The translations under genes and the position numbers were made by a program. The notes beneath the pieces are model-generated. The model did not search any database, had not been told where the DNA came from, and saw only the letters and a list, made by a program, of their open reading frames with translations. From the IMG/VR virus record IMGVR_UViG_3300044568_000567, positions 1 through 61,894 of that record: DNA of 61,894 nt. The stretch is one strand, 5' to 3'. Below are positions 19,099 to 27,743 of the stretch, piece after piece. Source of the DNA: a virus. Taxonomy: Duplodnaviria; Caudoviricetes. Position 1 is the first letter of the stretch; each line of letters starts with the position of its first letter.

Positions 19099-20238
19099 GG
19101 TTTGTTGTTGATTAGATGGGTAAGTCATTGTCATTGCATCGATTCCGTTGCCATCAGCGTACCAACCTGCTCCGTTGTACACGTCTAGCACGTCTTGGAA
19201 GTACTTCTCGTACCGAGGTGCAACTCGTTCAAGCGTAAAGTTCTCACCAAACGCACGGCAGTCCGCTGGTCTGATCTTGTCGATGTTGTTGATTGCGTCC
19301 ACGTAGTCACCCATCGTGCGGCATCGATACCCAGTGACCCCATGTAAGTTGTTCTCTGCAAATGATCCCCAGTCAGACGTGATGGTTGGTGTTCCGCTCA
19401 ATAGGTTTTCAATCTGTACTCCACCGAATGGCTCGACGTACTGGCTAGGCAGGAATGATGCCTTGGCTTTAGACATCAGTTCCTTGCGCTTAGGAACGTC
19501 AGCATAGCCCGCATACTCGACATGGGGTGGAAATGTATACCCTGCCTCGCATTGACCCGCTACAACCAGTTTCACTCCTGCTCTGCGCGTTGCATCGATG
19601 GCGATATCAACACCCTTGCCGCTATACACCCGGCCAAGGTACAGGAAGTAATCCTCCTTCTTGTCATTGAAGTCGAAATCATCGATGTCAAAGTAGTTAG
19701 GTATCACAACGGAATAGTTATCTTGCTGGCACTGACCTACTGCACCCATGCCGCAGTGAGCGTGATAGATGGCATATGACTCCCAAACCTTCCATTTAGC
19801 CCAGTGACCCCCCGCGTACCCTATCCCCGGCTCAACTACGATCATATCATGTTGGTGTGCATCACATATCGGTCTGACTCCAGACCCCCAAAATGGAAGA
19901 ATAAAGTCGTTCTTTTCCTTTCGAAAACCTACCTCCCGAATGGCATTGGCATAGAACGTCTGGTATGCGTGATCGCTTGTGTTGAACTTGAAGAACGTCT
20001 TGCGCCAGTCATGGCTACCATAACTCTTAGCAAAGTCATCATTGGTCAGGACGCTGACGTGTTCGGTACATTGAAGGTCGCTGTCCTCATGGCCATAATG
20101 GATGACTTCATGGCCTCTGTCTGTCATCATTTTGCCGAATTTGACTACCTTCTGCGTGTAGGCACAGGCATTAAACTCTTTAGATGTAACTGTGTGTGGA
20201 AGCCCCAGTGCATGGAATCTCATTTTTTCTGTTTTCAT
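19093..20238 (-). CDS. Glycosyltransferase family 4 (GT-B)
   Basis: LYLGRVYSGKG, PSQYVEPFGGVQIENLLSGTPTI. Confidence 0.9.
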   Translation of the reverse strand: MKTEKMRFHALGLPHTVTSKEFNACAYTQKVVKFGKMMTDRGHEVIHYGHEDSDLQCTEHVSVLTNDDFAKSYGSHDWRKTFFKFNTSDHAYQTFYANAIREVGFRKEKNDFILPFWGSGVRPICDAHQHDMIVVEPGIGYAGGHWAKWKVWESYAIYHAHCGMGAVGQCQQDNYSVVIPNYFDIDDFDFNDKKEDYFLYLGRVYSGKGVDIAIDATRRAGVKLVVAGQCEAGYTFPPHVEYAGYADVPKRKELMSKAKASFLPSQYVEPFGGVQIENLLSGTPTITSDWGSFAENNLHGVTGYRCRTMGDYVDAINNIDKIRPADCRAFGENFTLERVAPRYEKYFQDVLDVYNGAGWYADGNGIDAMTMTYPSNQQQTL

Positions 20239-20415
20239 TATGTACTACAGGTGTTATTGGAAGTTATTGGTTGTTTTCCTTGTTCTTCAGCTTGTTGATC
20301 AAGGACTTCTGCTTATTTACGTCATGTTGCAAATCGTGGATGATTTGCCGCAATTCTTTAATATACTGCTTTTGTTGCTGAATTATACGCATCTCTGGTG
20401 TTATCTCATGCGCTT

Positions 20416-20625
20416 TCATAGGTTCTCTAGGATCTCGGTTAGTTTCGCTTTCATGTTGTTGACTTGTTTCAAACTGTAATAGTCTTGTGCGCTCACTTCG
20501 TATGTTGAGTACCTGTGGAGGCACTTCTGGTTATCGCAGTATCTACGTCTCGAAAATCGATTGCCGAAGTCTCTACATTCCATAACGTGTGTCGTAGAAC
20601 TGCATTTGGGGCATAATTTGACCAT
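20416..20625 (-). CDS. NrdR-like zinc-ribbon protein lacking the ATP-cone
   Basis: CPKC..THVMECR...SRRRYC...C.HRYSTYE parallels NrdR CPxC..TxVxDSR..RRRRxC..C..RFTTxE. Confidence 0.75.
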   Translation of the reverse strand: MVKLCPKCSSTTHVMECRDFGNRFSRRRYCDNQKCLHRYSTYEVSAQDYYSLKQVNNMKAKLTEILENL

Positions 20626-20635
20626 TTATGATTTA

Positions 20636-20682
20636 ACCCTAGATATGGGGTATTTGAAATATGTTGCCACTATATGGTGATT
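20636..20682. promoter_or_regulatory. Tandem NrdR-box-like sites
   Basis: ACCCTAGATATGGGGT (20636) and CCACTATATGGTGATT (20667), 31 bp apart; consensus acaCwAtATaTwGtgt. Confidence 0.65.
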
Positions 20683-20735
20683 ATTATCGACAACATCAGT
20701 GTTTTTGTGGTTAAAATACATTAGCTCATCGTACG

Positions 20736-21224
20736 CTATGCTGAGTTTGATTCCCCGCTCGCTTCGATTCGCATTTGCTTCTCCTCTGGTTCCCTGCCCT
20801 CGATTAGCTCAATAGGTTCAGCGTTGCGATCACCAATGGTGAATGTGACGTTGAGTGGCTTTGCTTGTGTCGATTCGATTTCGATTTTATCGCCGTACTG
20901 ACGTGCGTTCCATTTACCTAGTAAGCGGATACGAGTGTCAATTCTGACCCTCTTCTCCTGAGCATCGAGCATTGGATCATCAGCTATTCTTATGCAGTCA
21001 TCAGCGATTGCGTGAGTGCCTATTTTTCGTGAGAGATGAGATTTATTGCGGAATTCTTCGTTTGAGCATTCCCAACGCCATACTGTTGAGTAGTTTGGCA
21101 TACCTTCGAGATTGCAGATAGATGAGAGTGTTTGACCCATTGCGAGTCTCTCGCAGATTTCATCTCCGAGAGCTTCGTCGTACTTGGGAGGAGTGCCTAC
21201 TTTTCGTGCTGGTTTAAAGCTCAT
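20736..21224 (-). CDS. terS: Terminase small subunit (Sf6-like)
   Basis: EICERLAMGQTLSSIC...MPNYSTVWRW...RVRIDTRIRLLGKWNARQYGDK. Confidence 0.88.
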   Translation of the reverse strand: MSFKPARKVGTPPKYDEALGDEICERLAMGQTLSSICNLEGMPNYSTVWRWECSNEEFRNKSHLSRKIGTHAIADDCIRIADDPMLDAQEKRVRIDTRIRLLGKWNARQYGDKIEIESTQAKPLNVTFTIGDRNAEPIELIEGREPEEKQMRIEASGESNSA

Positions 21225-21582
21225 ATGGTTGCTTGGGTTTAGGTTTACGCTTGGGTAATCCTGACTTCAGTTCGTTGCTCTGCTTGAGTTTTGACTTTGA
21301 CTTGGTTGAACGTGATTTCGACGCTTTCGGGGTTATCGTCTGGGATGAGTTTGGAGTATCTAATTTGGTCAATGAGAGGTTTGCTTCCTCCAGCAAGATT
21401 GTCAACGTCGAGTGTTTTTGTGGAGTAGCGTGTAATTGCGAGAGTGTAGAGCGGATTGCACTTAGCAGTGCAGTCCTTGCTAGGTTCTTTTGCTTTGTGT
21501 ACTTTGACCAATGGCAATTTAGGAGCGTGTTGAGTGAGGGTGTCAAGTAGCCTTCTAGATGGAGGTTTATAGTTGTCTGCAT
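21214..21582 (-). CDS. Overlapping ORF encoding a RusA-like N-terminal half
   Basis: LTPSLNTLLNCHWSKYTKQK motif; the remainder is low-complexity. Confidence 0.55.
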   Translation of the reverse strand: MQTTINLHLEGYLTPSLNTLLNCHWSKYTKQKNLARTALLSAIRSTLSQLHATPQKHSTLTILLEEANLSLTKLDTPNSSQTITPKASKSRSTKSKSKLKQSNELKSGLPKRKPKPKQPYEL

Positions 21583-21649
21583 AGTAGTAGTGTCCGTCTG
21601 GTGCGAGGGAGTAGCCTTTCTCTTTGAGTTGTTCAGTTGTCCAGTTCAT
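21245..21649 (-). CDS. rusA: RusA-like Holliday junction resolvase, catalytic C-terminal half
   Basis: ITRYSTKTLDVDNLAGGSKPLIDQI...IPDD; ATGA-coupled start. Confidence 0.75.
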   Translation of the reverse strand: MNWTTEQLKEKGYSLAPDGHYYYADNYKPPSRRLLDTLTQHAPKLPLVKVHKAKEPSKDCTAKCNPLYTLAITRYSTKTLDVDNLAGGSKPLIDQIRYSKLIPDDNPESVEITFNQVKVKTQAEQRTEVRITQA

Positions 21650-21876
21650 AGCATACCGATTCTAGAGTATTTACCACGAAGCAATCTTTCTGCGGTCTTG
21701 GTTTGTTGTCTCGCGCTTTCAGGGCTTTTGTTAATGAGTTTGCTAACTTGGTTGAATGACCTGTGGTTTCCATCATTAAGTCCATAATAAAGCGTTAGTG
21801 CCGTTTTTAGTTTCTCTGGCAATTGGTTTATAAACGAATCCAGTTGTTCAAACTTTTCTTCTTCAATCAAGTTCAT
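21646..21876 (-). CDS. Stand-alone sigma70 region-4-like HTH protein
   Basis: LPEKLKTALTLYYGL...SFNQVSKLINKSPESARQ...AERLLR. Confidence 0.75.
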   Translation of the reverse strand: MNLIEEEKFEQLDSFINQLPEKLKTALTLYYGLNDGNHRSFNQVSKLINKSPESARQQTKTAERLLRGKYSRIGML

Positions 21877-22069
21877 TGTTCGAATAAGTAATCTTCTGGG
21901 TTGGGATCCTGTTGTGCTTCGATTGTTTTGCCGCAGGTGTTGCACTTGCAGTTGCCGTGATCATCGACGCTCATGACGTTGTCGCAGCACTCTGGTACTT
22001 CGTCTTGTTCGGGTGGGTCATTCCAGTAGTCGTTCATAGCGGGTATAGTTGTACATGGTTGTGTGGGAT

Positions 22070-22384
22070 TTATACCTTATCTAGATCAATCAAACTTTTT
22101 GCTCGTATTCCTGCTTTTATGATTTGGTTGTGTGCATCATCAACGATGGTTGATGGGAGCAAAATCTCTTTCAGATCCTTGTATTTTGTTCTTACGAAGA
22201 TTTCATCCGTTTCAATTTCCCCGTCTTTTATGCTGGTTGTCAGTTGGAATCGTTTGGGAAGCTCATAGAGTTTAGCGGACAATGGATTGGCTTCCATGTC
22301 GAGATTCCAGAATAGATCAATCATGGTGTTTGCTTGGAGTATTGATATTGTGCCATCTGGCCATTTTGCTAGGTATGTTTTCAT
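22070..22384 (-). CDS. Hypothetical protein
   Basis: ATGA coupling. Confidence 0.6.
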   Translation of the reverse strand: MKTYLAKWPDGTISILQANTMIDLFWNLDMEANPLSAKLYELPKRFQLTTSIKDGEIETDEIFVRTKYKDLKEILLPSTIVDDAHNQIIKAGIRAKSLIDLDKV

Positions 22385-22857
22385 TTGATTGGTAGTGTTT
22401 CGATTGGGTTGAGTGCTGATTGCGGTACAAAGTAGCAGTCTGGATCTCCCTGTATGAAGTACTCTGGTTTCTTGCCATGCTCAGGATTGATCCATCCCCG
22501 CAGGGTTGCTTGTAGTCCATTGATTGTTACGAACACAAAAATGTAATCGTTGTTTGAGGAATCGTACAGCACAAGATGTCCGTTTGCGTGTTCCGTGGTA
22601 CGAACCTCAAGTGATGCACCTATGTCTGCTGCTTTGGTTATTTGAAGTGTGGACATCTGTGTTAGTCCCGTGAATTTTGACACGGCAATCTCCCCCAGTT
22701 CACCGAGGATGCTATCTGCCAATCGTTGGGTCATCTTGCGGTAGGACTTGCCACCATGATCGTGTCCCATGCGCTTGTTCTTAATGGCAACCAACTGGCG
22801 CACTGCGCCTTTAGTTGCGGCTACCATGAAGTCCTCTGCGGTTAAGTCGATGATCAT
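22381..22857 (-). CDS. Putative PD-(D/E)XK-fold protein
   Basis: GELGEIAV...ADIG...EVRTT...YFVPQSAL. Confidence 0.55.
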   Translation of the reverse strand: MIIDLTAEDFMVAATKGAVRQLVAIKNKRMGHDHGGKSYRKMTQRLADSILGELGEIAVSKFTGLTQMSTLQITKAADIGASLEVRTTEHANGHLVLYDSSNNDYIFVFVTINGLQATLRGWINPEHGKKPEYFIQGDPDCYFVPQSALNPIETLPIK

Positions 22858-23135
22858 CGTGATTGCTGAATGAATTTGAGTGCGATTGCCATTAGCTCAG
22901 GGTAGTCGCGCAGTGACTCTAGGTAGGATTGGAACATATCATCGATAGCTTGTTCAGCGAACGGGTCAGGAATGATCTCAGCTTTGACCTGTGCGTCCTC
23001 CAATTCCTTGTTGGCTGCCCTTAGTGCAAAGATAGCAGCGGAGCAGAATACGGACAACTGTGCGGCAATGGATCGGTAGTCCTTGTTGCATTCCTTCAGA
23101 CGTTCAACTTCGGAGGTGTATAGTGTTTCGCTCAT
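22854..23135 (-). CDS. Hypothetical protein
   Basis: Coupled at both ends. Confidence 0.6.
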   Translation of the reverse strand: MSETLYTSEVERLKECNKDYRSIAAQLSVFCSAAIFALRAANKELEDAQVKAEIIPDPFAEQAIDDMFQSYLESLRDYPELMAIALKFIQQSR

Positions 23136-23136
23136 A

Positions 23137-23751
23137 TTAATATTTATAGAATGGATTTAGTGGGTTTGGTTTACTGACTTTATTATCACTGGAAGCATTC
23201 CTTATGAATTCCACATAGTATTCTTTAGCGCACTTTAGTGCCTCATCACGTTCAAGCTCTGCTCTTGCTGCCATGTCAATAGCGCATTTCCATTTGTTCT
23301 CCCAACCAACGATAGCATCCCTAGCCTCATCCCGCTCGCGTAAAGCTACGGAAAGCGGAGTTCCGCAAGCGTGATTGGTTGCTCCCTCTAAATAGCGTAT
23401 GCGTTCGGTTTGCCTAAGATTTGTCTCCTTCAATACCCTTTTGTATGCCTTTGATTTTTGTGCATCAATTCTAGCCTCATCGCGTTCTTGGCAGAATCTT
23501 TCTGCCCTGCATTCAGCCTGAACAATCTGAGATAAAGCATCGTCACGTTCTAACTCCAACCTAGCCAACTCACTTGTGGAGTGTAACTCCAATGCGGTTA
23601 GCCTGTCAGCCAGCTGCTTGGCATCCTTTCGCAACTTGTATACCTCAACAGGTGTCCAGTCAGCACCTTCGCAACCGCACTCGTTTGCGCTAGTGGCATA
23701 GCAAGTGCAACCCTGACCCTCGTAGTAATCTGATGTTATAATTTCGTGCAT
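23137..23751 (-). CDS. Coiled-coil protein with ERDEAR repeats
   Basis: Four ERD(D/E)A repeats. Confidence 0.65.
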   Translation of the reverse strand: MHEIITSDYYEGQGCTCYATSANECGCEGADWTPVEVYKLRKDAKQLADRLTALELHSTSELARLELERDDALSQIVQAECRAERFCQERDEARIDAQKSKAYKRVLKETNLRQTERIRYLEGATNHACGTPLSVALRERDEARDAIVGWENKWKCAIDMAARAELERDEALKCAKEYYVEFIRNASSDNKVSKPNPLNPFYKY

Positions 23752-23763
23752 ATATTTATAAAA

Positions 23764-23915
23764 TGGGGTGTGAGGTTTTATGTAGTTGCCTCACAGGGTC
23801 AAATGATAACCAGCCCACATGGTGGCCGCTACATTCCCTTAAAATTGGTCAGCGTTTTTTCGGATGCGCTGCCCCCGTTGTCCCCTGCTGATCGGGAGTT
23901 CCCAACCTAGCGAGG
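23764..23915 (-). ncRNA. Two tandem candidate structured RNAs ending in CCA
   Basis: Non-coding gap with units of 70 and 75 nt, each ending stem+CCA; not canonical tRNAs. Confidence 0.3.
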
Positions 23916-23925
23916 AAAGTGTTAG

Positions 23926-24219
23926 TTAAAACGGAATGTCATCTCCATCGTTATCCTTGGCCCGTGCTGGAGCAGATTTGGCCTTTGTAGTGGTTTTGTC
24001 TCCAACCTGTACATTCTTAGCGTTTCCAAGAATTGGAAGCTGCACACCATTCTCGCGATCTTCTTTTGAGATCGATTGTTTTACCATGTAGTCACCATAA
24101 TCTGACTGAGATTCAATCAGGATGAGATCACAGAATAGTGCCTTATCACCATTTTTGCGGGTGATTGCCTTGAATCGTGTCTTGTCTAGTTTTGTTACGT
24201 CGATACTTAGTGTTATCAT
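23926..24219 (-). CDS. Single-stranded DNA-binding protein-like
   Basis: LSIDVTKLDK...LPILGN...; acidic DDIPF C-terminus. Confidence 0.7.
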   Translation of the reverse strand: MITLSIDVTKLDKTRFKAITRKNGDKALFCDLILIESQSDYGDYMVKQSISKEDRENGVQLPILGNAKNVQVGDKTTTKAKSAPARAKDNDGDDIPF

Positions 24220-24298
24220 ATTTTATTTACTTTTATGCGGCTTTTAATGGTTGCCGCTTACCAAGTCTGCATTAGTTTGCAGAAAGTGTAATGTTATG

Positions 24299-24526
24299 CT
24301 AGTCGCTCCAGCAATCGTAGCTTCCTTCGTAAACATATCCATTTTCGTTCCTCGTTTCATTGAACGTGAACGATTGCCCAAACATATCGTGAGACCCGCA
24401 AAGTGACTCAATGATTTCTTTGGACAGATAGGACTTGGAAGTGATGCGGAACTTTCCCCAGTCCCGGGTGCCGCTGGCATTGCGAGACTTATCTGCCTCG
24501 ACTGTGATTACGTTGAGAGTTTTCAT
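24299..24526 (-). CDS. Hypothetical protein
   Basis: Likely start MKTLNV at 24526, just after the upstream stop. Confidence 0.5.
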   Translation of the reverse strand: MKTLNVITVEADKSRNASGTRDWGKFRITSKSYLSKEIIESLCGSHDMFGQSFTFNETRNENGYVYEGSYDCWSD

Positions 24527-24527
24527 T

Positions 24528-24731
24528 TCAATAGTAGTTGAACGTGTTGCCTCCGTAAACCTGATTGGGATTTCTACGGCTCCACTCGTCATGGAAATGC
24601 TGTGCGTCAGAGTCGCTACGCTCGGACTTGTTAGCGAAGTATTGCTCTGGGTCTTGGTGTTTGCGGTTAACCCGTGGAGATTCGTCATCATCCTGCGGGT
24701 CGAAGTCTGGTAGTGTTTTCATGTGGATCAA
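24528..24731 (-). CDS. Hypothetical protein
   Basis: ATGA coupling. Confidence 0.5.
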   Translation of the reverse strand: MIHMKTLPDFDPQDDDESPRVNRKHQDPEQYFANKSERSDSDAQHFHDEWSRRNPNQVYGGNTFNYY

Positions 24732-24982
24732 ATAATAAACCCCTTACGAGTGAAGAATTTTCCAATCGGGGAACTCCACTCGTCGGAAAGAGAGCAACGA
24801 ATGTGACTCACAAAATCGTTTCCTTCGCTCTCTGCGGTCTGACGATTGCATTCGATGTAATTCCAGACCTCAATTTTGCCAAGTCCAGTTTGGAACCACT
24901 TGCTTTTTTGAGAATCACTTGCTTTCAAATCTTGATCATAAATAGCGTTCAAGATTTCGAGTTGGGTTTTTTTTGCTTTCAT
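24728..24982 (-). CDS. Hypothetical protein
   Basis: Likely start MKAKK at 24982. Confidence 0.5.
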   Translation of the reverse strand: MKAKKTQLEILNAIYDQDLKASDSQKSKWFQTGLGKIEVWNYIECNRQTAESEGNDFVSHIRCSLSDEWSSPIGKFFTRKGFII

Positions 24983-25026
24983 TTGATATGGTGTATTTAT
25001 TGGACTGACTCCACTACATCTAGGGT
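24979..25026. promoter_or_regulatory. NrdR-box-like site with a weaker partner
   Basis: CCACTACATCTAGGGT at 25011; half-match ACACCATATCAAATGA (reverse strand) 32 bp away. Confidence 0.55.
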
Positions 25027-25220
25027 TAAAACTCAAACTCGTCAACAGAATTTTCTTCGATGTGCGCAAAATATTTATTGTAGATTTCTTTTGCCTTTTC
25101 GTATTTTTCCTGAGCGTCCGCAAACCTAGATTTCATGCGGGTCTGCCAGATTGCTGTTGCAGTGTCTAGCAGAAAGCAAGCCTCGTCGAAGTGGTGATTA
25201 GTGTTCATCGATTTGTTCAA
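25026..25220 (-). CDS. Hypothetical protein
   Basis: Overlaps the end of dnaB. Confidence 0.5.
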   Translation of the reverse strand: MNKSMNTNHHFDEACFLLDTATAIWQTRMKSRFADAQEKYEKAKEIYNKYFAHIEENSVDEFEF

Positions 25221-26493
25221 ATCTAGAAATTTCTCCGCGCATTTTTACAGGCACAAACACGTCACGTTGACCACGCCGATTCTTGTCGATGCGTACACGC
25301 GAAGTTGATTGGGTTTCTGTTTTGCGTTTAAATGATGACGCTTCTTTTTTCTTCTCGTCTGGATGCGAGATGATGAGCAAAAAATCAGTGTGGTGACCGA
25401 TTGCGCGGGACTCTCGTACTGCACCTTCGTCGTTGAGTTGTGATGCAGTCATCACCACGGATTTTGTTTTGAGAGCAGTTAGTTTGAGTCTTCGCGATAG
25501 TTCACTCACTGCCTGTTCTCGGTTATCTGCGGTTGGCATGGTGACAATTTGTAGGTAGTCAACGATGATCAGATCGGCCTTGCCAAGTGATGCAAGACGG
25601 GATGCCTCTGCGACGATTTCTCCAACCTCGGAGAGATCATCGCGGATCGTGAGGTTCATTCCCATGAGTTGGGTGATTGCGCTTGAGATATCCTTTGCAG
25701 ATGCAACCCCTCTCCACTCTGTGACCCCTTCCATCTCACGCAATGGCAGTATTGTCTTACCCAGAAGATTGGAAGCTATACGTTGTAGAATAGCCTTAGC
25801 TGGCATCTCTAGAGAAAATATAGTTACTGATTTACCATTCAGCAGTGCCTGAAGTGCTGCCTGATAAAGCAAGATAGATTTGCCTCCGCTGGTCTGCGCT
25901 CCTACCACTAGCATCTCACCCCTCCTTGCACCTCCACCAAGCAACTTGTCCAGCTTGGGAATTCCAGTTGGGTAGTTCTCTAGTGGAGTCTTGTCCTCCA
26001 GATCATCCAAAAAGTCGTTTAGATGGGCCTTCACGTCCTTGCATTGGCTCTCTGGTACGATTGCATTAGCGAATGACTCAGCGAGGCTAGAAAGGTCTGC
26101 CTTCATCGCGCAAATATCGTCATGGTTATCCTCCCACGTCCTTATTGCATCACGATACCCTTTTGCTTTGATGAGTTGTGCGCGGTAGTCCGCTGCGGTT
26201 TCAACGCACATAGCACCGGGGGACAGGAAGATTGTCTGGAGTACATCCATAACTCCATCCTTCCCTCCGCAAGCATTCAACTTGCCAGTTGTCTCAAGGT
26301 CACTCAATGCCCCTAGTGCGTTTGTGGATCCAGTCCGCTGGTAGACTCTCTCCAGTGCGGTGAAGATGAGTTTATGTTGTGATAACGCAAACAGATCTTC
26401 TGACCATGCGAGGTGCGGTAGAACCTCTGGGTCGATTGCGATAAGCGATAGTGCCGCTTTTTCTGCGGTGATTGCGATTGGTGTATTTTTCAT
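25198..26493 (-). CDS. dnaB: Replicative DnaB-like helicase
   Basis: PTGIPKLD, GAQTSGGKS, FSLEM, IIVDYLQ, SQLN, DKNRRG. Confidence 0.95.
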   Translation of the reverse strand: MKNTPIAITAEKAALSLIAIDPEVLPHLAWSEDLFALSQHKLIFTALERVYQRTGSTNALGALSDLETTGKLNACGGKDGVMDVLQTIFLSPGAMCVETAADYRAQLIKAKGYRDAIRTWEDNHDDICAMKADLSSLAESFANAIVPESQCKDVKAHLNDFLDDLEDKTPLENYPTGIPKLDKLLGGGARRGEMLVVGAQTSGGKSILLYQAALQALLNGKSVTIFSLEMPAKAILQRIASNLLGKTILPLREMEGVTEWRGVASAKDISSAITQLMGMNLTIRDDLSEVGEIVAEASRLASLGKADLIIVDYLQIVTMPTADNREQAVSELSRRLKLTALKTKSVVMTASQLNDEGAVRESRAIGHHTDFLLIISHPDEKKKEASSFKRKTETQSTSRVRIDKNRRGQRDVFVPVKMRGEISRFEQIDEH

Positions 26494-26741
26494 TTAATTA
26501 AAAAGGCTGGAGTGTTTTCACCGACATATGCGCCTTGAACATTAAACTCAAAATATTCTTCGGCTTCCTCGCTTGTCATATCTTTCATTAAGATTTCTAT
26601 GCACTTCTTTCTGTCGTATACTGCAAACGCAGTTGTGAATTGGTAAGCCACACCAATGAATGCTGACTCAAATCCATCTGCCAAGATGACTGGTTCATCT
26701 TCTCCAACCAATTCGGTTATTTTTTTATTTAGTGTTTTCAT
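26490..26741 (-). CDS. Conserved small phage protein
   Basis: ADGF..A.IG...AVYD...EEAEEYFEFNVQGAYVGENTP. Confidence 0.75.
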   Translation of the reverse strand: MKTLNKKITELVGEDEPVILADGFESAFIGVAYQFTTAFAVYDRKKCIEILMKDMTSEEAEEYFEFNVQGAYVGENTPAFLIK

Positions 26742-27742
26742 TTGTTTAAAAAATCGATGACTCCTTTAATTGTATTTCTTTTTTCTGAAATAATATCGTT
26801 ATGTAATTTCTTTTGTTGTTCTACTAATTCACTGTAATTTAATGAATTGATGTAATCATTCAGTTCTTTCTTGTAACAATTTTCTGGTAAAATTGCATTT
26901 TCATTAATGTTATATCCACTTTTTTGAATGGTTTTCATTGTGTTTGGAGCGAAAAGACAAACAACATCACACATCAACGCTTCATAAAATCGATTTGCCA
27001 TGAATGCATAGTTTTCATGCGTGTGCTTATCTTCGATGTACAAACTATACTTATAGTTTCTTAACCCTTCCATTCCAACTTCCCACTTTAATGGCTTGAT
27101 GCAATTTGACGTGCATTCTAGAGCTTTGAATTTAGTCCAGTGCTTAATGCTTGCTGAGATAGTAATTCCTTGATGCAGGTAATCTTTAAAATCATCACAC
27201 CTATGCTTCCTGTATGTTCCGTAATATATTGTTCCAGATCTGTCTGTTTGTATTAGATCTTTTTTGATCTGAGTATCATTTCTGAATATCAAACAATTTA
27301 AGTTGCAGGTATGCCAGTTATTGATGAAATCATTTAACTTCTTTTCAGCAATGTTTTTGCTTAGAATCCAATGACGATATCCGTTTCTTGGATTGTTACA
27401 TATCATATCGTAACTTCTTCCTCTTTCAGTGATTGCATATCTTAATAGCTGATTGTCTTCTAAATCATGATCATTTACTAACCATATCAATCTAGCTTTT
27501 GGATTGTTGTCTAGCACCTTCCTGTATTCATTGTGTGGCATATATGGAGATGCGTAGCAGCAAATGATAACATCATAATTTTTATCCATTGCTTTTGGTA
27601 TCCCATACTCTCCATCTAACAAGTCTGCGTTTAACTCATTTTTTAGAATAAGAGAGTTCCTGCAATGAACTATTGAAGTATCACTGTAGTCTTCTGCCAA
27701 TGGTTTTGTTTTGGATGTGGATTCAATTATTAGAATATTCAT
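26738..27742 (-). CDS. GT-B glycosyltransferase resembling T4 DNA beta-glucosyltransferase
   Basis: Start MNILII at 27742 (TAA-T-ATG); WLVNDHDL, IYYGTYRKHR, LYIEDK..NRFYEALMCD. Confidence 0.7.
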   Translation of the reverse strand: MNILIIESTSKTKPLAEDYSDTSIVHCRNSLILKNELNADLLDGEYGIPKAMDKNYDVIICCYASPYMPHNEYRKVLDNNPKARLIWLVNDHDLEDNQLLRYAITERGRSYDMICNNPRNGYRHWILSKNIAEKKLNDFINNWHTCNLNCLIFRNDTQIKKDLIQTDRSGTIYYGTYRKHRCDDFKDYLHQGITISASIKHWTKFKALECTSNCIKPLKWEVGMEGLRNYKYSLYIEDKHTHENYAFMANRFYEALMCDVVCLFAPNTMKTIQKSGYNINENAILPENCYKKELNDYINSLNYSELVEQQKKLHNDIISEKRNTIKGVIDFLNK

Positions 27743-27743
27743 A

